NCBI GenBank assembly: GCA_039917955.1
Contig: JBDSIN010000143.1
Coordinates: 1 to 35,589, forward strand
DNA: 35,589 nucleotides
Source of the DNA: Candidatus Limnocylindria bacterium
GTDB taxonomy: Bacteria; Chloroflexota; Limnocylindria; QHBO01
Reading direction: 5' to 3'
The notes under the pieces were generated by a model. It was not told the origin of the DNA and ran no database searches. It saw only the letters and a program-made list of their open reading frames with translations. Numbering within the stretch: position 1 is the stretch's first letter; every line of letters starts with the position of its first letter. Of this stretch, positions 30,601 to 35,589 are shown in pieces. The translations under genes and the position numbers were made by a program.

Positions 30601-31137
30601 ATGCTCCGCACGGAGATGGTCATGACCGGGGGTTCGCGCACCACTATCGACGACCCGCGTAACTCCGCCGCCGCCGAGTTCGATGAGCGGTTCTCCGCGA
30701 TGCGCCCACGACTGCTCGCCCTCTGTCGCGGACTGGCTGGACCCGATGCCGCCGAGGACGTCGTGCAGGACACTTACCTGCGCGGCCGTCAGCGCCTGAC
30801 GCAATTGAGGGATCACCAGGCCCTGGAAGCGTGGTTGGCGCGGATCGCCGTCAACGGGGCGCACAACTATCGACGGCATCGACACGGCTGGCTGGACTGG
30901 CTACCTGACCCGGTCGCGCATCGGCTCCCGGCAGCACCGGGGAGGGATGCCGGCCTTCGCGAGTTGATCGAGGCGCTGCCCGCACGGCAGAGAACCGTCC
31001 TCATCCTTCACCACGGCTACGGCTACGACCTGGCCGAGATCGCCGAGCTGCTGACGCTGTCTCACACGAACGTGCGCACCATCATCCGCCGCACGCGCCT
31101 GCTCCTGGCTGCCCAGGTCCGGGAGGCAGGCCGATGA
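30601..31137 (+). CDS. ECF (group IV) sigma-70 family sigma factor
   Basis: Region 2 [16 protein letters not shown]...[15 protein letters not shown]. Region 4 [41 protein letters not shown]. Start could be 30601, 30616 or 30622. Confidence 0.85.
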   Translation: MLRTEMVMTGGSRTTIDDPRNSAAAEFDERFSAMRPRLLALCRGLAGPDAAEDVVQDTYLRGRQRLTQLRDHQALEAWLARIAVNGAHNYRRHRHGWLDWLPDPVAHRLPAAPGRDAGLRELIEALPARQRTVLILHHGYGYDLAEIAELLTLSHTNVRTIIRRTRLLLAAQVREAGR

Positions 31138-32600
31138 GTGCCGACCGGTTCAGCGATGAGGTCTATCGGCTCATCGTCGGCGGCGACGAGCTGCCGGAGC
31201 GTGCCGCCGTGCACGTCCGAACCTGCCAGCCCTGTCAGGCGGCGATGGCTGACGCCCACCAGTTCCTGGCCCAGCTGGATGCGGCCAGCGCCGCCTTCGC
31301 CAGCCCGGGTATTCCGGATCTGCGCATGACACTCGGCGCAGAACCCGCCGGCCGTCCCGGTCGGACGAGGCGCTTCGCGGCCTTCGCGGCCGTGATCGCG
31401 CTCGCGCTGGTCGCGACGTTCCTGACCTTCGCCTACAGCCCGTTCGTGGGTCCCGCGCCCAGCGCCAGCGCGTCGCCAAGCGCCACGCCGGCACCGTCGG
31501 GGAGTCCGCCTCCCTCGGAGACTCCGGCTCCTCCGACTGGGGCGCCGTCGCCGACTGCACGCGCCGCGAGCTGGAGCGCGACCGGCAGCATGGCCACGGC
31601 GCGCGCGCGGCACACGGCCACCCTGCTCGCCGACGGCAAGGTCCTGGTGGCGGGCGGTTACGGCAGCGGACTGACCTCCGCCGCGCTCTACGACCCGAGC
31701 AGCGGGACGTGGAGCGCCACCGGCAGCATGACCACGGCGCGCAGTTCCCACACGGCCACTTTGCTCGCCGACGGCAAGGTCCTGGTAGTGGGTGGTGGCA
31801 GCGACCTCGTCGCAATGCTGGCGTCCGCCGAGCTCTATGACCCGAGCAGCGGGACGTGGAGCGCCACCGGCAGCCTGACCACGGCGCGCAGTTCCCACAC
31901 GGCCACTTTGCTCGCCGACGGCAGGGTGCTGGTGGCGGGCGGTTACGGCAACGGCGGCCAACTGGCCTCCGCCGAGCTCTACGACCCGAGCACCGGGACG
32001 TGGGGCGCCACCGGCAGCATGACCATGGCACGCTTGGGGCACACGGCCACCCTGCTCCCCGACGGCAAGGTCCTGGTAGTGGGTGGTGGCGACCCCTCCG
32101 GCTCCGGCGACCCCGACGCCCCCGTCGACTACCTCGCATCCGCCGAGCTCTATGACCCGAGCAGCGGGACGTGGAGCGCCACCGGCAGCCTGACCGCGGC
32201 GCGCAGTTTCCACACGGCCACTTTGCTCGCCGACGGCAGGGTGCTGGCGGCAGGCGGCTTCGGCTCCGGCACCGAACTGGCCTCCGCTGAACTCTACGAC
32301 CCGAGCAGCGGGAGGTGGAGCGCCACCGGCAGCCTGATCACGGCGCGCGTTTACCACACGGCCACCCTGCTCGCCGACGGCAGGGTGCTGGTGGCGGGTG
32401 GCCCACTGCTGGCCTCCGCTGAACTCTACGACCCGAGCAGCGGGAGGTGGAGCGCCACCGGCAGCATGACCACGGCGCGCGCGTTGCACACGGCCACGCT
32501 GCTGAGAGACGGCAAGGTTCTGGTGGGCGGTGGCGACGCCTCCAGCTCCGGCGAAGTCTTGGACTCCGCCGAGCTCTACGACCCGGGATCCGGATCGTGA
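31134..32600 (+). CDS. zf-HC2 anti-sigma factor fused to extracytoplasmic 7-blade Kelch-type beta-propeller
   Basis: ATGA coupling to the sigma gene. HVRTCQPC (H-x3-C-x2-C), a TM helix [19 protein letters not shown] and a Pro/Ser linker. Seven [39 protein letters not shown] repeats plus a closing strand. Confidence 0.8.
   Translation: MSADRFSDEVYRLIVGGDELPERAAVHVRTCQPCQAAMADAHQFLAQLDAASAAFASPGIPDLRMTLGAEPAGRPGRTRRFAAFAAVIALALVATFLTFAYSPFVGPAPSASASPSATPAPSGSPPPSETPAPPTGAPSPTARAASWSATGSMATARARHTATLLADGKVLVAGGYGSGLTSAALYDPSSGTWSATGSMTTARSSHTATLLADGKVLVVGGGSDLVAMLASAELYDPSSGTWSATGSLTTARSSHTATLLADGRVLVAGGYGNGGQLASAELYDPSTGTWGATGSMTMARLGHTATLLPDGKVLVVGGGDPSGSGDPDAPVDYLASAELYDPSSGTWSATGSLTAARSFHTATLLADGRVLAAGGFGSGTELASAELYDPSSGRWSATGSLITARVYHTATLLADGRVLVAGGPLLASAELYDPSSGRWSATGSMTTARALHTATLLRDGKVLVGGGDASSSGEVLDSAELYDPGSGS
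31566..32597 (+). repeat. Tandem array of about 140-170-nt Kelch-blade repeats with long near-identical DNA stretches
   Basis: For example, roughly 100 nt starting near 31686 and near 31835 differ at about 4 positions by eye. Confidence 0.8.
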
Positions 32601-32787
32601 GACCGCCCGCAACTGACGTTACCGGCGTAGTGGCCGCGGGTTACCACGGGTCAGTCGGGATCGCCGTTGCCGTGGTTCAGATGACAGCTCGGATGGTCGC
32701 TGAACCTTGACCGACGGCCCACACTACGCTGTGTTCGGGGCATGGCGGAGATTGGCCCCAGACCGGGCATTCGAGTCTGGAGGGACC

Positions 32788-33702
32788 ATGCGGCGTCTGT
32801 CGGTCTTGCTCGGTGCGACTGCCATCCTGCTCGCGGCTTGCGGCGGACAAGGCACACCTACCCTCTCACCGACGGCGACAGCCGTGGCCGCGACTGCGAC
32901 ACCCGCCGCTCCGACGGAGACCCCTTCTCCTGCTCCGAGCAGCGGGACGTGGAGCGCCACCGGCAGCATGACCACGGCACGCTATGTCCACACGGCCACC
33001 CTGCTCGCCGACGGCAAGGTCCTGGCGGCGGGTGGCCTCCCCGTTGGTTTCGGGCGCACCTTGCTGGCCTCCGCCGAGCTGTACGACTCGAGCACCGGGA
33101 CGTGGAGCGCCACCGGCAGCATGACCACGGCGCGCGTGTACCACACGGCCACCCTGCTGGCCGACGGCAAGGTGCTGGTGGCAGGCGGCGGCGGCGGCTC
33201 CACACCGGTGACGGCCTCCGCCGAGCTCTACGACCCGAGCAGCGGGACGTGGAGCGCCACCGGCGACATGATCACGGCGCGCTCGTTGCACTCGGCCACC
33301 CTGCTCGCCGATGGCAAGGTCCTGGTGGCGGGCGGCCATGACCCCGGCGAAGCTTTTGCCTCCGCCGAGCTGTACGACTCGAGCAGCGGGACGTGGAGCG
33401 CCATCGGCAGCCTGACCACGGCACGCACGGGGCACACGGCCACGCTGCTCGCCGATGGCACGGTCCTGGTGGCGGGCGGCAACATCTCCGCAGAGCTCGG
33501 CGCACCGCTGGCCTCCGCCGAGCTGTACGACCCGAGTACCGGGTCATGGAGCGCCACCGGCAGCATGACAACGACGCGCTCGGGGCACACGGCGACGCTG
33601 CTCGCCGATGGCACGGTCCTAGTGGCGGGCGGGCAAGGCCCTAGCCCCTCCTTCGATGTTTTGGCCTCCGCTGAGCTCTACGACCCGAGTAGCGGGAGCT
33701 GA
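32788..33702 (+). CDS. Kelch-repeat lipoprotein (5 blades plus closing strand)
   Basis: GGAGGGA SD element. Lipobox AILLAACGG. Five copies of the same blade consensus as 31134-32600. The same 16 nt (ACCGCCCGCAACT core) follow both stop codons. Confidence 0.8.
   Translation: MRRLSVLLGATAILLAACGGQGTPTLSPTATAVAATATPAAPTETPSPAPSSGTWSATGSMTTARYVHTATLLADGKVLAAGGLPVGFGRTLLASAELYDSSTGTWSATGSMTTARVYHTATLLADGKVLVAGGGGGSTPVTASAELYDPSSGTWSATGDMITARSLHSATLLADGKVLVAGGHDPGEAFASAELYDSSSGTWSAIGSLTTARTGHTATLLADGTVLVAGGNISAELGAPLASAELYDPSTGSWSATGSMTTTRSGHTATLLADGTVLVAGGQGPSPSFDVLASAELYDPSSGS
32941..33699 (+). repeat. Second Kelch-blade DNA repeat array, homologous to 31566-32597
   Basis: Repeated ctctacgacccgagcagcgggacgtggagcgccaccggcagcatgaccacggc... 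units. Confidence 0.8.
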
Positions 33703-33844
33703 AACCGCCCGCAACTAGGCTAACCCGCTGCGCGGATCGCCGGTCCGGAGCGCACGCTAGCGGACGCCCCTTGGCTGCGGCTCACCGCCTGCTTGTGCGG
33801 TAGACGGTCGTCACCATGGGGCGCTTCGCTCTGGCATGCCCCGG

Positions 33845-33903
33845 CCCGTACAATGGCTGCTCGCGCCCGTAGCTCAGCGGACAGAGCGGATGGCTTCGGA
33901 CCA
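33845..33903 (+). repeat. Right copy of direct repeat (tRNA-Arg promoter region plus 5' half)
   Basis: Matches 30367-30428 and continues into the intact tRNA. Confidence 0.8.
33849..33854 (+). promoter_or_regulatory. Candidate -10 hexamer TACAAT for tRNA-Arg
   Basis: TACAAT ends 8 nt before tRNA position 1. The same hexamer precedes the truncated copy (30371-30376). Confidence 0.4.
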
Positions 33904-33938
33904 TCAGGTCGCGGGTTCGATTCCTGCCGGGCGCGCCA
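33863..33938 (+). tRNA. tRNA-Arg (anticodon UCG), CCA encoded
   Basis: Manual cloverleaf fold. Acceptor GCGCCCG/CGGGCGC, D-arm GCTC-AGCGGACA-GAGC (A20), anticodon arm GATGG-CTTCGGA-CCATC, variable loop AGGTC, T-arm GCGGG-TTCGATT-CCTGC, discriminator G, CCA. Confidence 0.9.
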
Positions 33939-34364
33939 CAGCCATATAACTCGGGGAGGGCCGTTGGATGGGCCGGCCGACTAACCGAAAGGCGCCCGGC
34001 TGCAAGCTGACGGCACCGTTCCGGACTTTCTGCTCGAGGCGCCCAACTCCAGGCCGACGGACCACCTTCTCACGGTCATGGTTGACCCAGATAGCAACCT
34101 GCTCGGCAACGCGTGGATATCGTCTACTTCGATCCGAAGGGTCCTCGAGGCATCTCGACCGGCGGTGGGTAGGGTCAACCTCGCGTAGGTCGCCCGCTCA
34201 CGCCAACTTGCAGCGGCCCAGCGCAGCTACGCTCGGAGTCCCGCAACCGGCCAGGGCCGCACGATCGATATAGTGGCCGTCGGACCGGTCGATCCGCTTG
34301 TCGCGGCCGACTCGAAGTGTCGATGCTCCGAGCGGGGACAAGGCCGAGATCCGGAGGGACGGAT

Positions 34365-35189
34365 ATGCCTGCTGACGTGGTCGCGACCGTGGTTGCGCTG
34401 TGGCGCTATCCCGTGAAGTCGATGATGGGGGAGCAGCTCAACTCGGGCGAGGTGACCGACCGTGGCCTGCTGGGCGACCGGGGGTACGCCCTCGTCGATC
34501 GCGAGACCGGCAAGGTTGCGAGCGCGAAGTTCCCGCGGAAGTGGCCGACGCTGCTCGCTTATCGAGCGACGTACGTCGAGCCGCCAGCCGGCACCGACCG
34601 CCTGCCGGCGGTGCGGATCACGCTGCCGGACGGTCGGATCATCCGGAGCGACGACCCCGATGTTGACAGGGTCCTCTCGGCCGACCTCGGCCGTGACGTC
34701 GCCCTTGACCGCTCCGCGCCAGGGGCGCCGAGCCTCGAGCAGTACTGGCCCGACGTGGAAGGCCTCGATCACCGGGACGCGCTGACCGAGGAGGCGATGG
34801 CGCCCGGCACGTTCTTCGACGCCGGCATCGTCCACCTGCTGACGACCGCCACGCTCGAGAGGCTCCGCCAGTTCTACCCGGAGGGTCGCTTTGAGGTCCG
34901 CCGCTACCGACCGAACGTCGTCGTCAGCCCGACGGGCGGCCAAACCGGCTTCATCGAGAATGAATGGGTCGGGCGATCCTTGGCGATCGGCGACGAGGTC
35001 CGTCTGCGGATCACCAAGCCGTGCCAACGCTGCGTCATGACGACCATCGCCCAGGACGATCTGCCGAAGGACCCCGGCATCTTGCGGGCAGCGGCGCGAC
35101 ACAACAACGTGAACGTGGGCGTCTACGCCACGGTCGAGCGAGGCGGCCGGGTTCGCCGCAGCGATGAGGTGTGGCTTCCGCGGTCCTGA
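34365..35189 (+). CDS. MOSC domain protein (MOSC_N beta-barrel plus MOSC)
   Basis: LWRYPVKSMMGEQL...GLLGDRGYALVD...RYRPNVVV...KPCQRCVMTT with the conserved Cys. SD GGAGGGA. Confidence 0.85.
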   Translation: MPADVVATVVALWRYPVKSMMGEQLNSGEVTDRGLLGDRGYALVDRETGKVASAKFPRKWPTLLAYRATYVEPPAGTDRLPAVRITLPDGRIIRSDDPDVDRVLSADLGRDVALDRSAPGAPSLEQYWPDVEGLDHRDALTEEAMAPGTFFDAGIVHLLTTATLERLRQFYPEGRFEVRRYRPNVVVSPTGGQTGFIENEWVGRSLAIGDEVRLRITKPCQRCVMTTIAQDDLPKDPGILRAAARHNNVNVGVYATVERGGRVRRSDEVWLPRS

Positions 35190-35351
35190 GTCAGGTCGCC
35201 TGGAACAGCTGGTGCCGTGCCTCGCTGGCGAGTGCCGAGCACGATGCCGCCGAGCGACTGCGGCGGTACTGGACGGTCGTGACTCGCCCGCGGGAGGGAC
35301 TCTGACCTTCGGCCTCGCGTGGCGGGAACGGGCCGTGCTGGCGCACAAGGA

Positions 35352-35387
35352 GAGGAGCCTGTCCGCAGGAGAGCGGACAAGCTCCTC
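35352..35387. terminator. 15-bp stem / 6-nt loop hairpin between convergent genes (candidate bidirectional terminator)
   Basis: GAGGAGCCTGTCCGC-aggaga-GCGGACAAGCTCCTC with one mismatch. There is no clear U-tract. Confidence 0.5.
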
Positions 35388-35424
35388 ACATGGTTCTGGG
35401 GTTCGGGCTGGCGCCCGATACGGG

Positions 35425-35589
35425 TTACGCCCTGATGGTCGACCCCTCGGTCACGCGAACCGCTGCCTCTTCGGGGCGGGCCGCCCAGACCAGGCCGATG
35501 CCGGTCAGGAAGAACGCGCCGCCCATGCCCGCGATCACCGCGGCCACGCCCAGGCCCAACTCGAGCGTTGAGGCTGTCACGGTCCCGAC
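35425..35589 (-). CDS. C-terminal fragment of a membrane protein (5' end outside window)
   Basis: The minus frame is open from the window edge to TAA (35425-35427). It reads ...LELGLGVAAVIAGMGGAFFLTGIGLVWAARPEE..., with high third-position GC. It is not in the ORF track because it has no start codon in the window. Confidence 0.4.
   Translation of the reverse strand, partial: VGTVTASTLELGLGVAAVIAGMGGAFFLTGIGLVWAARPEEAAVRVTEGSTIRA

Noticed and set aside
30388-30620. Possible intron-containing (group I) or split tRNA-Arg, since the homology stops at the anticodon loop.
   Set aside because: No matching 3' half (anticodon-stem 3' strand, T-arm GGTTCGATTCC, acceptor 3' strand) occurs downstream before the ECF sigma gene. 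The only such sequence belongs to the intact tRNA at 33863-33938.
31566-33699. Regularly spaced repeats that could be mistaken for a CRISPR array or an IS-related repeat.
   Set aside because: The repeats are in-frame Kelch blades within two long ORFs. The repeat units are about 140-170 nt with no unique spacers, and no cas genes are present.
35164-35571. 135-aa plus-strand ORF at the window end.
   Set aside because: It is Arg-rich with poor coding character and runs through the terminator-like hairpin. The convergent minus-strand frame (35425-35589) looks like a genuine TM segment.
1-35589. Searched by eye for integrase, transposase or recombinase genes, toxin-antitoxin pairs, restriction-modification or other defence genes, and rRNA.
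   Set aside because: None of the translated ORFs shows the corresponding signatures (no R..H..R..Y integrase pattern, no DDE motifs, no methylase motifs). The accessory content is metal/redox and envelope related.

Overview
High-GC, densely coding window with many ATGA/GTGA start-stop overlaps, several lipobox signal peptides and an MsiK-type orphan sugar ATPase. This suggests an Actinomycetota- or Chloroflexota-like monoderm, but taxonomy cannot be proven from sequence alone. About nt 570-23,500 is one large envelope copper/redox island. It holds an OmpR-type response regulator and histidine kinase, plus the 3' end of a second kinase. It holds seven cupredoxin-fold ORFs, several with Met/Gly- or His-rich tracts and lipoboxes. 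A two-gene module occurs twice: a cupredoxin-like protein with a C-terminal YCDxCCGGKExPxMxG motif followed by a CcdA/DsbD-family membrane protein. There is a LolCDE-like ABC system: a degenerate HMA protein, two FtsX/MacB-type permeases and an ATPase fused to a YHS/TRASH domain. There is also an orphan di-haem cytochrome b next to a SHOCT-cupredoxin fusion, and a CsoR-family protein lacking the usual Cu(I) ligands. The island also carries an HMA-less CPC-type CopA, a CPH-type CopB, a canonical Lgt, a divergent N-terminally extended Lgt paralog, TRASH-like and DUF2933-like proteins and a rhodanese lipoprotein. The strongest sequence-level signal is a phased direct repeat, CTCA(G) x3 at exactly 11-nt spacing. 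It recurs in front of at least seven transcription units of the island, including the regulator's own operon. I read it as the operator set of one response-regulator regulon. The right third (23.6-35.6 kb) holds a metzincin-like secreted protein with QExxH, msiK, a CAP/SCP protein, a second FtsX-type ABC pair, a PPC/DUF296 protein, a MOSC protein and tRNA-Arg(UCG). A 3.5-kb cassette (ECF sigma, zf-HC2 anti-sigma fused to a 7-blade Kelch propeller, 5-blade Kelch lipoprotein) sits between an intact tRNA-Arg and a truncated copy of its promoter plus 5' half. No integrase, transposase, CRISPR array or rRNA was seen. All calls rest on motif recognition in the supplied translations. No database search was possible, and start codons were chosen from SD motifs and overlaps, so they are approximate.
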